From Marsupella aquatica (taxonomy: Eukaryota; Plantae; Marchantiophyta): a stretch of DNA of 64,000 nt. Below are positions 24,596-37,784 of this stretch, in pieces (the stretch's first letter is position 1; every line of letters begins with the position of its first letter). The position numbers and the translations under genes are program-made. A model generated the notes under the pieces. The model ran no database searches. It was given only the letters and a program-made list of their open reading frames with translations, and was not told the DNA's origin. The stretch lies in assembly GCA_973895155.1 (NCBI GenBank), contig OZ316892.1, positions 7,795,251 to 7,859,250 of the forward strand. Reading direction: 5' to 3'.

Positions 24596-25349
24596 GGTGA
24601 TGGCTACTTTCCATAACCAAAAATTATTAACAATGGTACAGAGAGGACGGACTTACGCGGCCAAACTAATGCTCTCTTCGGCAATGCACCCTTAAGGGCT
24701 GGTCCAAGGTGGCTTCTTCTTTACACAGATCATGTGAATATGATAACAATGCCCCCTCAAAGAAGAAGTTTACTCGACTACAAATATGGGACTAAGATTG
24801 CCCATCTCTACACTACAATGAAATATGGCCGAAATACCTATGCCCTTGTCCCAAAACAAGAACTGTAGAGTTAAACCGCTTGGTAGTTTACTTCGTTTCA
24901 ATAGTACCACACACATCGATGAGGCCAAGACATGACAGGGTGGTCTGACATACTACCAAGAGGCCCCCTGAAGGTTGAGTTTATACTATCTGCTCTGCTG
25001 ACTTTCGGACCATCCGAAGACTTCTCACTTAGAGCACCGATTCAGAGGGTAGTTGAGAGCGATATTAAGGTTGATCCCATTGCAAGCAGTGCATAAAATT
25101 TCATCTCTAGGACGCAATGCTCCCCGGGAACAACATTTAGAGGCTTTCACAAGTTCAAGTATGTGCATGGGCAGCTGATGGAGTCGCTCTCACAGTTCTC
25201 TCTGGCTGAATGACAATTGTCTTTCTGTCCCTAGCTGCCGAGTAAATCGTTGCGATGCGTTTGGCTTGCAAAGCATTACGGTGCAATTTTGTACAGTGGA
25301 AGGAAGACCGTTCACTGTTGAACAATTAGTCGTAGTCCCCATATGAAGT

Positions 25350-28300
25350 TCAGTAGTCCCAGCCATCCCTCCGGTTGTTGAACTTCACCTTCTTCAGAGG
25401 AACTTTGTTGAACAGGCGAGAAAATTTCTGTAAGCACTCCGTCCTTTTATTGTAGTGAGATTGTGTATCCCGACTAATTGCAGAGCTTGATAATTTAGAA
25501 GTGTCTACCGCCCATGACGGGTGGATGTACTCCACTCCCTGAGTCCCCACTCCCTGCAAATCCGTCCCATTGCCCAGAATGAAATTCATGAGGATGTCCT
25601 CACAGTTGAAGAGTTCGTCCACAAGGGCTCTGCCCTGTTTGTTCTCCTCGCTGGAATATAACGAAAAGTATTTAACGTTGTCGATGAAGGCAGCACCTGT
25701 GAGTATCATGTTGTAGCCTTGTCCCTTCCGAGCGTATCTCTCATTCCGGTATTCGAGTGGGCTTCCATCGATGAGCCGGGGATAAAACCCAACAAGCCTG
25801 TCAGGGTGTTCACGCCAAGCTTTAAACCCCCTCTCCACATCATCACAAGTCATCATGATGTCGTCATCCAGCTCCAGAACTGCTTTGGTCTGAATCAGAG
25901 GATCAACTCCGAAACGGTTGTTGAGAGAGTTGACAGGCTCCACACGGATCCGAACAGGAACGGCAGAATCGAACTCTGTGAGGGGATCTGGAGGTATACC
26001 TTTATTCCAAACCACTACAATTTCACGAACAGATGCACAACGAGAGTAGTGCTTGACGTACATCTTCAAGTTCCATAACCGTGCATCGTAGGTCATGGTC
26101 ACCATTGTGAATTGCGAAAACTGGTCAGCCAATGGGTACGGCTCCTCTGCACCGTTCCCTCCCAAAAAGCACCTCACTGACACAACAACTGCTAAAACTC
26201 CAATGGCAACAATAACGAGGAGGAGACAAGCCCAAATGAAATTCCTCAAAGTCAATTTTCCCCTTGAGAATCCACCACTTCTGTTGTTGAGGCGGCTGAC
26301 AGCCTTGTATCCAGCATGGGAACGACCCCAGCTCCAATTGAGGTAGGCATTGGACGGGTAAATGCATCTCACGAAGCCAAAGAGGATGCCAACAATACAG
26401 GTCAAAAGGATCAGAACGATTGAGGAGATGATCCCCACAAAGATTCGTGCAGTCCAGTCGCCGGATGGTACTCTGTCACCGTCCATTACAGCAATCCAGT
26501 CACCTGATGGAAGCATTTGAACGTCTAGGTGGTGATGACGAACACCATTCCATGCATACCTCCCTTTTCCCCAGTTAGGCTCGTTAATACCCATTGGGAC
26601 TTCCACTTCTCTATAAATTTGGGTAGTGAGTTTCTCAACTTGGAAAATTTTGAGGCGCTTACCATACGTGCCTCCACAGTCCTGCCCTGGTCTGTACAGC
26701 CGACCTTCCCACACGAAAAGCCTACCACCGTTCCGAGCTCCGAAATGCTTTGGAACATCTCGGACAGGGTTCCGCTTGTGTTGCTTCCATGGGCCAAGAG
26801 GTGTGTTTGCATACCATATTTCCAGCTCCCCATTCTTGTGGACACCAAATCGAGTGAAATCAGACCCGAAAATCCAATACATCCCGTTGTACTCCACCAT
26901 GGAAGCATCTACCAAAGGTTTCTTTATCAGTACCTTCTCCAATGACCATTCCAATGGAAAGTTTGTAGCTGTATACAGCCGAAGATCTCCTTTCTTTGAT
27001 CCTTCGGGCATCATGTAAATCTGCACAAAAGACATTCAACATATTCGATCAATGTATGCAAAAATATATAGCGAGGGAGGCCGATGTATTTTCAAACTGA
27101 GAGAACGGTCAACCAACCAACAGGTCCTTTCATTGCAATTGCTTTACTGTACCAATCCTGAGATCTGAATTGCACGCACCAGTCTGTCCCACTCCTGATA
27201 TGCAAGTACAAATTTTAATTTCCATTTTGAAATCGGCAGGTTGCTTGGAGCACGCGTCAACCAAACCGAATTCACAAAGCTCCGCTTCTCCAGTCTAGAG
27301 ATTGGCTTAACAGGTGAAGAGGGGAAAGGATGTCTGGAGGGGGGACCCACCTGACCCTCATACTCGAAAACAAATGGGTAAGATAAATGCCAGTCCTCAT
27401 CCAGAGCAATGCCAAGAAATTGCCAGGTAGCTCCCTGATCTGTGCTCCGGGCAACCCCAATGTCCCCCTGGCGTGTCACACTGTTCTTGGTTTCGAAGAA
27501 AATATACATATCTATTCCCTGCAAAAACATTCAACGGAACAAACAAAGTTCAGCTTGTCCGACTATGAAGGTAATTCAAAAGGCCAAAACACTGTTCAGC
27601 ATGCAATACAGGTTTCACCCAAATAACAAATCCACTCATAGGCTAGGCCGGGAACTTTCCTTCAAACAAAGCAAGGAAAGAAGTAGGCAGCAATACCAAT
27701 CTGTGAGAAATTAAACACTGTTAAAGTCAACTCGTAATGTTACAAATAAAGACTTCTCAGCCAACCTTCCGACCAGTTCATTGTGCCCACCTGTAAGAAG
27801 AGAAAAGGATCAGCCACAAAATTGCTTGGGTTTTCCGGATCCTTGATAGACGCGCAAGTGATGACGGGGTTCGCCACAGGCCAAGCCGCCCCTGCATCGT
27901 TCTCCAAGTTTTCCTGAGAAAGTTCACAGAACGTCTTCAGTATACAAGAAGAGAATGGCCAATCCGTGTTTGAAACCAAATTCATACAATGTAATAGAGG
28001 AAAACTTCTCTAACATGCCAACGGCTGAGGCTCAGACTGAGGTCCGAGGTGTTCCATAATGAGAGCATCAAAGGGACTACTAATTTGACAGACATTCATC
28101 AACTTGCAAGTTGCTTAGCGTCAGGCCACAGAAGGAAATTGATGCGACGCGCATAATAATGCACACGAAACCAAAAGAGGCAGCTCAAATCATCAAATCA
28201 GCATACCAATTCAACGGGTCGCAACTCGAACGGACTTGTTCCACGGTAGAATCCGATTGCCCAGGAACCTTCATTATCGGGTTGACATCCGACCCCTTGC

Positions 28301-28569
28301 AGGTGAGGCTCATGCTTGAATGGAGCTAGTGTAAGCCACGCAATGAGCCTGGCCAGACCTCCAAAAAGTAAGAATGCACAGAGAAAGAAAATGAACGTGG
28401 AGGATAAGAAACAGGTGCGGTGGTACAGCTTGTCATGGCACTTTGAGCATGTTTGAGGATTACTCCATCGCCACCGGCAGCGGCACTTCACACTCACGTC
28501 ACACCAATCCGCTGCTGAAGCTGAAGCTGAAGAATTCTTCTCTCCCATTCCAATACCCAACCTGCACAT
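25350..28569 (-). CDS. GINT1: Glycosyltransferase family 64 protein C5 / glucosamine inositolphosphorylceramide transferase; exons 28569-28207, 27913-27791, 27518-27351, 27020-25350
   Basis: N-terminal TM segment, then a propeller-like region (NFVADPFLF, HLSYPFVF, GARNGG) and internal TM segments. The C-terminal GT64 domain has IVVVWN, NSLNNRF, ELDDD, YNMILTGAAF and NCEDILMNF. Confidence 0.92.
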
Positions 28570-29645
28570 AACACCAGACTCTCACCCATCAATCCCAGAC
28601 TCACACACGAATTCTGACCAGAAACAATTTCTTCATGAGTTCGTTTTCTACTCCAAGTCTTCCACCTCTACAATCAGTGCTAAACCTCCCTTCGAAATTC
28701 AATCAGACACCGAGGGTGGAAGTCTTCGCCCGGCTGGAGAGCACGAACCCTTTCAACGGTACATTTGGGGACTCACGTTCGGAGGTATGACACGAAGTGT
28801 CGAAGAGCCCTGATGGGTTGTCTAGACAGTACGCTATGTCCTAACAAACGGTGTCCAAAAACCTCTGGAAAGAAGATCGCCTTTCCGTTATACTGCATCT
28901 CACTGTCAGAGCTAGATTGGCTTTCTGTTGAATTGCATGTCACTGTCAGCGCGAGTCAGGAAAAAGAATTCTTTCCAAAATTCTCTAGTAATCTGCCTCG
29001 TGTGTATCCATCTCCAATGTACGACAATTTGCCGGCGTGTAATATGAGTCTGGATGGTTTCGCATGACTTGCACGAACAGCTGGCTACCCACAATCAGGC
29101 TCCCAACGGGGCGATGAAGTCCTAGCGATTCTCTCCAATCGCAGAAATGAGATCAAGCCGCATCGAGAACAATTAGATAGCTAATTATACTTCCAAATTG
29201 GGCCTGGTTCGACGAGGCGACAGAACTCCCAAAGCCCCACAAAACGTCTTCATCGAGTTTCGCTTCATCTCTAATAATGGCTCAAAGAGCGACCTTCTAC
29301 TAAAGAGGTAGAAATGATGACGAAGATCTTTTCTAGGGGTGAGGCTGGAAAAAACCAAGCGAACCCACGTCGAGGGAAAGTGGAAAACACCATTCTGGCG
29401 TTTTGCAACTGTAGCCGAGCACACTACAAAGAAATTTCTGCAGGCCCATTAGATGAAACGGTCGACCTCGTAGGTTGTTCTTCACGCACCCCGCCGGTTC
29501 TCATTTCCTTCCTTAGTTTATTAGTTCCCAAATTCCGGACAACGGTAATACCAAAGAGGTTTCTTGACAATCCACGAAATTCAGATGAAGCACCCAAATC
29601 CACTTTCAGCGCCCTTTAAAAACGATATATCTGTAGATCTCCTTT

Positions 29646-29861
29646 TCCCGTAAGCTGTCACAAAGCCCCCTTCCGGAACTCGAAACAATAACTTACTTCA
29701 ACCGTAAGACCACTAAAATGTAACTCACTCAGAAGATACTTCCTTCCAAGGGCTGCAGACAGCTGTAGATGGTCACAACGAAGTACCACTGAAAAAGGAT
29801 TCCATAGATTGCACAAACAGACAGACAGACCGCCAAGAAAACTGAAGAAAGAAGGGCAAAA
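29646..29861 (-). repeat. Copy A of segment shared with 41859-42030
   Basis: GTAAGCTGTCACA...CACTCAGAAGATACT(T/G)CCTTCCAAGGGCTGCAGACA...ACAGACAGACCGCCAAGAAA is colinear in both copies. Confidence 0.9.
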
Positions 29862-31516
29862 CGACACTTGCTGGAAGTGAAATGATGCCCTACACTTGCA
29901 TCTATCTCGACTGGCTAAGAAGAACTACAAGGGTTCGGTGGAGGCTTTCGCCCGGAGCTGAAGGGAAATTCGTTGTTACTGAATTGCATACTGGAGAAGT
30001 TGACAGGATATTGCGAAAAACACAGCCATAACAAGGCACACTCTAGAAAACCAAATCCTCGGGCGATTTAGCATACTTACAGTTCAATCCACGGTTCGAA
30101 AGCGATGTTTTGACGACGTCCTAAGACGGGACTTCATACACGGTGCACATTTATTTGATGGATCGATAGATCGACGCCGAAGCCAAGAGCTCGTCCAACA
30201 AGTTGTAGATTTATTGGAGAGCAACGCCGTGCTGATAGGTGAGAACTTGAAACGGCTCCTAATAAATTAGTGAAGCTCCAGCTTGTATGGAACACTCGAG
30301 CCCAAACCGTGGCACCCAGTTAAGAGCCAGCCTAGAAGCATGCCGGAACTAGCTGCGCTCGTTTCAACAAGCAAAGGCGAAAACAGGACGTCCGTGCAGG
30401 AGTTTCACCACTTGAGAGATGGTGAAGAAGAATCCGTCCAGCTCTGCTACACACACACCACCAACAAGCTAGCTCTCCTGCTCAAGAGAAACGAGCTCCT
30501 CTTTCGTAACTTAGCAAAACCTTAGCTGCCCAGCCAGCTAGCCAACGAATCCAAAATGGAGAAGCATGAGATGAAGGAGAGGAAGGGAGTGGCCCACGAC
30601 CGACTGCAGTGGCCGAGAACCTAAACCCGGCAAAAAATTCTCAACAACAGAGTCACACTTCTTACGGCACCATCGAATCAAATAAAATAGAGGTCCCAAA
30701 AGGGTATGCTCGATCCCTCTAAACTCGGCGGACTCACGATCTCCCAGAGGTTTACGTCGATGAGACAAGCGAAACGGAGGGAAGAGAGATCAGTCTTATT
30801 CGGATCAGGGTACCAATCTACACTACTTGGCGGAAACGGGCCGAACATGAAATATCTCACGAGAGATTCAGCGGGAATTCACAGCAGCAGTAGAAGCGAA
30901 CAGGCACAGCAGGGAGGGCGCAAGCACGCGGTTTTGAAGCAGGAGCTGAGAGGTAAGAAGGAGTGCGGGAGAAGGAAGGAACATCGAAGACAGCGGCGAG
31001 AGGAAACATGAGTCTTTTGAAGTCGAGGCCGGATTTGAGGCCACCTTCACGAGACCACCCCAGAAACTTAGAAGAAGAACTGCATCAAAAGAAAGGTAGA
31101 GAGAGACAGAGAGACAGAGAGCGAGAAGAGAAAGACCGGTCGCTCCTGATGATGGGTATCAATGCGCTCGCCGCTTGCTGGCCGAAGGAGTACAGGAGGC
31201 CTACCAGAGCTCAACGTGCAGCAGTAGTAATTAGTAGACACCTCCAGGCTCCAGAGCACAACCAGGTGGTGGCTGCCCGATGATACTGATGATGATGACC
31301 AAGAAGGGGAAGAGAAAGTGAGGGCAGAATCAGAGTCAATACAGCAATTCTGAGAACGCTTCTGTGTCTCTCTCTCTCTCTCTGTGTGTCAAGAAGTGGT
31401 GGAAAAAAACTGTTGTGATTGTTGAGAGTGGGCTGGTTGGCAGCCAAAAATGCTGGTCCCCCAACCTCCCACCTTATTTACTTCAGTTTCAACTCCCAGT
31501 GCTAATGTAGGTGGGC

Positions 31517-31840
31517 GCATCTCCCTCCCCCTGGGTGACTTCCCCTCCAGAGTGTTTTTATCAGGGTTTTTCTTTTTGGTCAATGTAGTGCATCTCCCTC
31601 CCCTGACTGGCTTTCCTTCAGGGTTTTTTATAAGGTTTTTTCTTTTTGGCCAATGTAGTGCATCTCCCTCCCCTGGCTGGCTTCCCTCCAGGGTGTTTTT
31701 ATAAGGTTTTTTTTTCTTTTGGGGGCCAATGGAGTGTATCTCCCTCCCACTTCTTGCCCTTCCCTCCAGGGTGGGTTTTAGTTTTCTTCTTTTGGCCAAC
31801 CTGGCTAATTTGGCGCATCTCCCTCACCCTTTCTGCCCTC
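31517..31840 (+). repeat. ~70-75 bp minisatellite, 4-5 diverged units
   Basis: GCATCTCCCTCCC...CCCTCCAGGGTGTTTTTAT...TTTTGGCCAATG recurs at about 31517, 31590, 31660, 31736 and 31815. Confidence 0.85.
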
Positions 31841-31884
31841 CAGAGTACTTCTTAAGGTATTCCCTTTTTAGCATAGATGGCTAA

Positions 31885-34015
31885 TAGGGGAGTCTCAAAG
31901 CTGAGCTATAAGGGAATGGTCATAACTTTTTCACAAGGTTTTGTTTTTTCATTAACCAGCCTCTATGGTGACTAATGGTAATGACATACTATCAATCCCT
32001 ATGGCATGGTAATGACATACTACCAATCCTTATGGCAAAAAGTTATGGACTATGTATTTTGTGGATAGTAACTTTTTGTGTCACTAACCCCTAACGAGGG
32101 AGTTCAGGTCCTCCCTCCTGATTAATTTTCAGGTTTTCTCTTTGTCACCAAGATGGCTTATGTATGTGGCCAGGTGTGAAACTGGCCAATCCAAGACAAA
32201 AATACTTTTTAATGAGATGGAATTTGGTGGATTGTTGCCACTAGAGAAACGGCTCCTTCTCTCCAAAGCTTCCGTGACTCTCGCTCACCTCAACCGGGTG
32301 GGAGCCTCAAAGTCTTCCGCCCTCCCCCAACAGTGTCCAGGTACAACCAACCCACCACTTACTTTTAAAAATCCTTATTATAAGGGAAAACCTCCCCCAT
32401 GCCGTCCCTCCTGATCAGGGTCCATTTGCTCCCCTTTTCTATTGTCTCCCTGTCAGGGTCCATTTGCTCCTTTCATTGTACTTTGTTTTCCCCTGAATTA
32501 AGATTTTTGCTGGAAGATTCCTTTTCTACTGTCGCTCTGAGACAAGGATTAACTCAGGGATTCCCCATTGACATATTCTCGCTTGTTTGCATTCATGCGC
32601 CAGGGGAGTAAATTGGAAATAAAGATACCCACAAAATGAGCAAGAGAGCAAAGGTGCAAAAATAGGGACACAAAGACAAGGCGAACGAGGAGAAAGGGAG
32701 AAGAAGTGAGAAGAAGAGATCGGAAATAAAGACACCACCCAGAAAAGGAGCAAAAGGACACAAGACCAAATATAGGGACAGGCTGATGAGGCGGAGGAAG
32801 GAGGCGAAAAGGAGCAAGAGGACACAACACAAGACCATGAATAGGGACAGGATGACAAAGCGGAGGGAGGAGGAGAGAGGAGAAGAAGTGACAAGAGTAG
32901 ATCGGAAAGAAGACACAAAACACCAAGAAAAAAGAAGCAAAAGAGCCAAAGGTCCAAAGGGCAAAACTAGGGACAGGCTGACAAGGCGGAGGAGGAGGAG
33001 GGAGGACAAGTGACAAGAAGAGATCAAGACACCCAGAAAAGGACCGAAAAGGCAAAAGGGCAAAAGACCAGAAATAGGGACAGGCAGGCAAGGCGGAGGA
33101 GGAGAAGAGAGAGGAAGTGACAAGAAGGGCAGTCTGCGTGCTGGAAAAGGAGTCATGCGGTCGAACCCCACTAATGCACTACTTGCCAACCTAACCTCTT
33201 CGGATTGTAGTAATTGCCAAGTCAGATACACACCAAAAACCCTCCAATGGGGCCAAAACAAAACCCCCTCACGTCCAGCTGACAATCCTGATAACGGGAC
33301 CTCGTTCTGCCATCTCACAGGCCTCCCCATCTTTCCAGCTGCTCCTGTTGATGTCTTGATGAGCATGTTGACTCGCGATGCATGCGCCTTGCTCCTAACG
33401 TTTAAATGTTCAAACCTCCCCCCCCCCCCCAAAGCTTCGGGAGTCTTCTGCCCTTCCTCAGCTGCGGCATCTCTGGAAATTGCCTGGACGAGATCTCACC
33501 ATTTCTTCGAAGGTGACCATGGTTTTGAATCACGCTCCGATTCTCTTATCCTACCCAAACTAGTCCAATAATAGGACGTCTCAAACCTCGGGGTCTCAAA
33601 GCTTGGAAATTACCTAGATGACAATTGGTCATGAAGAATGTCGTCTTGTGCCCTTCCTCAGCTGGAGCCTCTCTGGAAATTGCCTGGACGAGATCTCACC
33701 ATTTCTTCGAAGGTGACCATGGTTGAATCATGCTCCCATTTTCCTATCCTACCCAAACTAGTCCAATAATAGTGCCCCTCAAACCCCGGGGTCTCAAAGC
33801 TTGGAAATTACCTAGATGGATATTTGGTCATAAAGAGCTTTTTCACAAGTTTTCTGAAAAAGTGCTTGTGAAAAAGTGTTTTTTTTCTCTCAACAGCCTT
33901 CATGACTAATGGTTATGTCATAAGACCAATCCTTGTGGCAAAAAGTTATGGACTATGAATTATGTAGTCCACAACTTCATTTTGTGTTCATAACCTATAA
34001 CTAGGGAGTTAAGGT
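31885..34015 (+). mobile_element. Putative non-autonomous repeat element: diverged ~220 bp direct repeats (31885-32108 / 33787-34014) around low-complexity purine-rich repeats
   Basis: Shared blocks GTCTCAAAGCT, TTTTTCACAAG, TGACTAATGGT, CCAATCCTT(A/G)TGGCAAAAAGTTATGGACTATG and GGGAGTT(C/A)AGGT. Internal AATAGGGACAGG...GCGGAGGAGGAG repeats lie at 32640-33120. No TSD identified. Confidence 0.45.
33448..33830 (+). repeat. ~200 bp tandem duplication
   Basis: GCCCTTCCTCAGCTG...GAGATCTCACCATTTCTTCGAAGGTGACCATGG...GCTTGGAAATTACCTAGATG occurs twice. Confidence 0.92.
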
Positions 34016-35773
34016 ATATCAAATTGTCAGCTTTGAAACACACTAATGTACCATCCCCAAACTAGTCCAGATTACCAACCACCCCAAAAAATAAATCTTT
34101 CAAACTTCTTGGGTTTATCTTTGTGTTCTTCTCTTTATTGGGTCTACTATCTTTGGGATCTTGTCTCCTTGCTTGGCACCTTTAAAATTTTGGCAGTGTG
34201 ATAAACTAATTTAATTATCATGTTGCCTTGAGGACTGTATAGTGGGTTGACTTTATTTCACCATCCTTACTCAAGATGACATGCCATAGGTTGGCAGACA
34301 CATGGAGGCTTGTGATTTGTCTGCCACAACCCCCTCCAACCATACAAAGACCAGGTTCCTCTATCCAACACTCAGATCCACTACTGTATATAAGCAAGAT
34401 CTTTAGCATGAAAAATGATCACAGGATGAAATAATTTGTCTCCCTAAAAAGAGCAATTTAACCAAATTGCTTAGGTTACTTGGCTAGGGGATGAATCTGG
34501 AAATGAAAGGTCCCAGGTTCATCCACCCTCCACACATATGGGTGTGGGGAATATATATATGTGTGTGGGTGGGATGTGTTTTGTGGGTAGTGGATGAGAG
34601 TTATGATTATCTACTCGGCCCCTGGTTGTCCACTTTGTGGCCCTGTTTTAATTCTTTCTCCTTCCTGATGCGGGTCCATGTTGGATCCATGGGGGCTCAC
34701 CGTGAAATGGGTTCCCAAAAATGAATGTATGTTATTGGGGTGGGGAGAGTCTACTAAGTGCTCTTCCTCATTTCTGTTAATGACAAAAAAATAAAAAGAA
34801 CAATTTCCAAAGTAGACGAGTTACCAGCTTCAAACTTGGGCAGAAATTTTCTTTGTTATACGAAGAAATTGTAAATATAGAGAGGAGTATGCATGGGGAA
34901 TGCACTAAACAACCTACAAGTGGCATTCTTTGTTTGACTTTGGCATCCTCTGTTTGACTCGACACTAAAGGTAGAAACTCTTAGTCATCACTCAAAAGCA
35001 AACAAAAGTCCACACTTCTCAAGAAGTGTCATAGTGCTGGCTTACTTTACACGTCATCAATCTGCCACATTTGCCCTGATTCCCTCTCACTAGGTTATTT
35101 TAAACCGCTGCTAGCCATATAAAAGGGGGAAGTGTCCAAGACTTCTCTCTTTGTCACTTTCGTCTCATTGTTCTCCTCTCCCATTGCATATTGTTCCACA
35201 AATTCAGGAAAAGATACTGGTTTTTGTCATGACTAGTGGTGGTTTAACAAGTTGCTGTATGTGGATAGCCCCTAGTACTTTTCTACACATTTTCAGGAAT
35301 TCGTTAGAATAGGTCTCATGTCCTTATCTCACCTACTGGGGCGAGCTATTGCTCAAAACAGAGCTCTTGCTGGTTCCACAAAAACGGCATCTAAAACTAC
35401 ATTTTTTGGCATAGCACTAATTAGGGTGAACAGTGTAGTACATTTTCTTTAAGAAATCAACCAGTGGGAGAGCACTGCAGGGTTCATCTTTAGCAGAAGG
35501 GCCCTTTGATAGTGGAAGAAGTGGTTTAAGGAGGTCATGTGCATTATTTTGTCAGAACTATAACAGTCTGTTGACTATTCTGGGAACAAAAGCCATCCAT
35601 CAACTATACTCCGTGTGTTTTTGCCAGAGTGGTAGCTTAAGTGAGTACAATCATAACTAAGGCTCAGGCTTTTATGTCATTTAAGAGAGGGAGTGCTTTA
35701 CAGGGTGCATTGTACTCTACCTTCGTGCCAAACTGGGTTGACAGTTGATAGTATTTTAGTTACCTAACAACTA

Positions 35774-35889
35774 TGGCAGGGAGCCCTTTTCTTGATAAGT
35801 CATATTGTATCATTGGCAGGGAGCCTTCGTCTTCATAAGTCATACAGATTGTAACCATTTGGCAGGGAGCCCTCGTCTTGATAAGTCAT
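35774..35889 (+). repeat. Three ~41-46 bp tandem units
   Basis: TGGCAGGGAGCC...TCTT(G/C)ATAAGTCAT occurs three times. Confidence 0.85.
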
Positions 35890-36017
35890 TATAGGTTACC
35901 CTCTCAGCAACCGTTCCCCAACATCTCAGTCCTAGAGTAAGTTTGAAGGTTTTTCTTTTTGGCGGGAGTCACCTTGAGTGAAAGAGAATATATGAAGAAA
36001 TTTCCCCACCTAATTGT

Positions 36018-36172
36018 CTTAGATTAATTTATGTCCATTAGGATCTCACTAGATTTCAGGATAACCTTCAAATTCTGGCTAACGGGCTCTTAGCTAGGTG
36101 AAAAGTGGCAAAGACTATTCAGTAAGGTGGAATTTGGCAAATTGGCAAATTTTTGCTACTAGTAAGAACGCT
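36018..36172 (+). repeat. Dispersed old repeat, homologous to 47266-47453
   Basis: TAGATTAAT...CCATTAGG...CTAGATTT(C/A)AGGATAACC...GCTAGGTG...AGGTGGAATTTGGCA is in both places. Confidence 0.7.
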
Positions 36173-37599
36173 GCACAGTCCCACTCCAAGAATTGCGCAT
36201 TTACACTACTCAATAGTGACAATGATTGTGATTGTTTACGCTCCTTCCTAAGTTGAGCAGCACTCACAGCATCTTGGCCTGGAACATGGGGAGCCGACTC
36301 CACATTGGTCCCACTAGTAGGGTAAGCAACAGCCACGTCCCCAGGGGCACAAACTCCAGCTCAAGAGAAGTTCAGATCAACACGGCGTCTGTCAAGAACC
36401 CCATCTTGGGGTGGTAACACAACTCATTGCTCCATTATGTCTTGGGCAATGGTAGCCACCATGCCCCGTATGTCATCGTGTGTGTCGTTGTTATCTCACT
36501 ACCATGACCACACCTGAGGACCCTAATGTCCTCCTTGTCCACAGACACATGTGGGTTGGCCCAGGAGGCACAGGTGTGGAAGACCAAGCTGGAGGCAAGT
36601 GGACATGGTGAAGATGAAAGAACTTGTATAGTGGGATAGCAGATTGCCAAGCGCTCGAACCAGCTAAAAGACGTGCCCAAACCAATTCCGAATGTGCCTC
36701 AAAAAGCATACTAGAAAGGGCATGTCTGGATCAGAAATCACCCAATTGAACTGGATCTGGACTATCCTAAACAACCCCCTTCAAAAGCAAGGACTCCCGC
36801 TCTCTGCACCTTCCAGCAAAACGGACCGGGTTTAGGGGAAAAGAGAAAGGGTGTGGTTAATTGACCTAATAAAAAATTGAGGTGCCAGGAAGGAAAGGGA
36901 GGTTGGAGGGAGGGGAATAAAAGGATCTAAATCACGAAAATCAAAGAAATTGGGAAATGCAAGTCAGAAAAGAAAAAATTGGGGAAAAGAAGAGAAAGGG
37001 GTGCTTTGACCTAATGAAACAAATGGCATGCTACAATGTAGTGACTTTTTGGGCCCTAAAAGAATTATGACAATTTGATGGAATCCAACTTTTTTCAAAC
37101 AGTTAGATCCACCCAAAACTATGTTAACCCCCTCGTCCCCGCCCTATACATTCTGGCTCACCATCTATGCCTCCACTCTCCCTAACGCACTCTTCATGCC
37201 AAAGCCCCCATCATGCGCCTTGTGAGCTGGAGACGAGGGTGGTCACAGCAAAGGGTGGGGGCAAGGCAGCAAGAGGGTGCGCGGGGCCGCCGGGGGCAGG
37301 GGGGGAGGGTTTGGAGAGAACTAAAGATAAAAGGAGAGGGGAAAAAAGAATAAAGGTTATCGTCCATGTAGCACTGCACTGCAAAACCAGGCATGATTGA
37401 TCTTGGACTCTTTGATGCCACACCGCTTGCACTCCTCTCCCCATCCCATGCGCTCACCATCCCCAACATAATGTTTGTAGAATATCCCAACTAATATGGG
37501 GTAGAAAAATTTTAGAAATCTTACATTTTAATTAGGGATCTGAGGCCTCAAAATATCGCAAGTGATGGGGAGGCCTCCATATAGTGACACCCCAATGGT

Positions 37600-37784
37600 A
37601 TCGTTTCCTCATCCAGGCATCTTTTTTTTGCCTCGACATATTTTTCTCTCCTCAACATTTTTTCTTTACCTTGATATCTTTTTCTCTCCTCAATATCTTT
37701 TCCTCGTCTTCACATCTTTTTTTCACTGTCACATCTTTTCTCTCCTTGACATCTTTTCTTGCAACACATGGACATGGGGGCTAG
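37600..37784 (+). mobile_element. Helitron-like 3' end with subterminal ~18 bp repeats (5' end not located)
   Basis: Ends TGCAACACATGGACATGGGGGCTAG|T, resembling the plant Helitron terminus TGCAACGCACGGGCA...CTAG|T. It has the same repeat unit as 48322-49150. Confidence 0.6.

Noticed and set aside
25719-27018. Several 120-140 aa + strand ORFs
   Set aside because: Antisense shadows of the long GINT1 coding exon.
9175-28569. HAD + BAHD + PME + GT64 as a biosynthetic gene cluster
   Set aside because: HAD, PME31 and GINT1 look like broadly conserved genes with different predicted compartments and substrates, and there is no scaffold-forming enzyme. Adjacency alone is not evidence.
32526-33432. 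143-279 aa hydrophobic ORFs on the - strand
   Set aside because: Artefacts of pyrimidine-rich low-complexity repeats: open in several frames, with no domain motifs.
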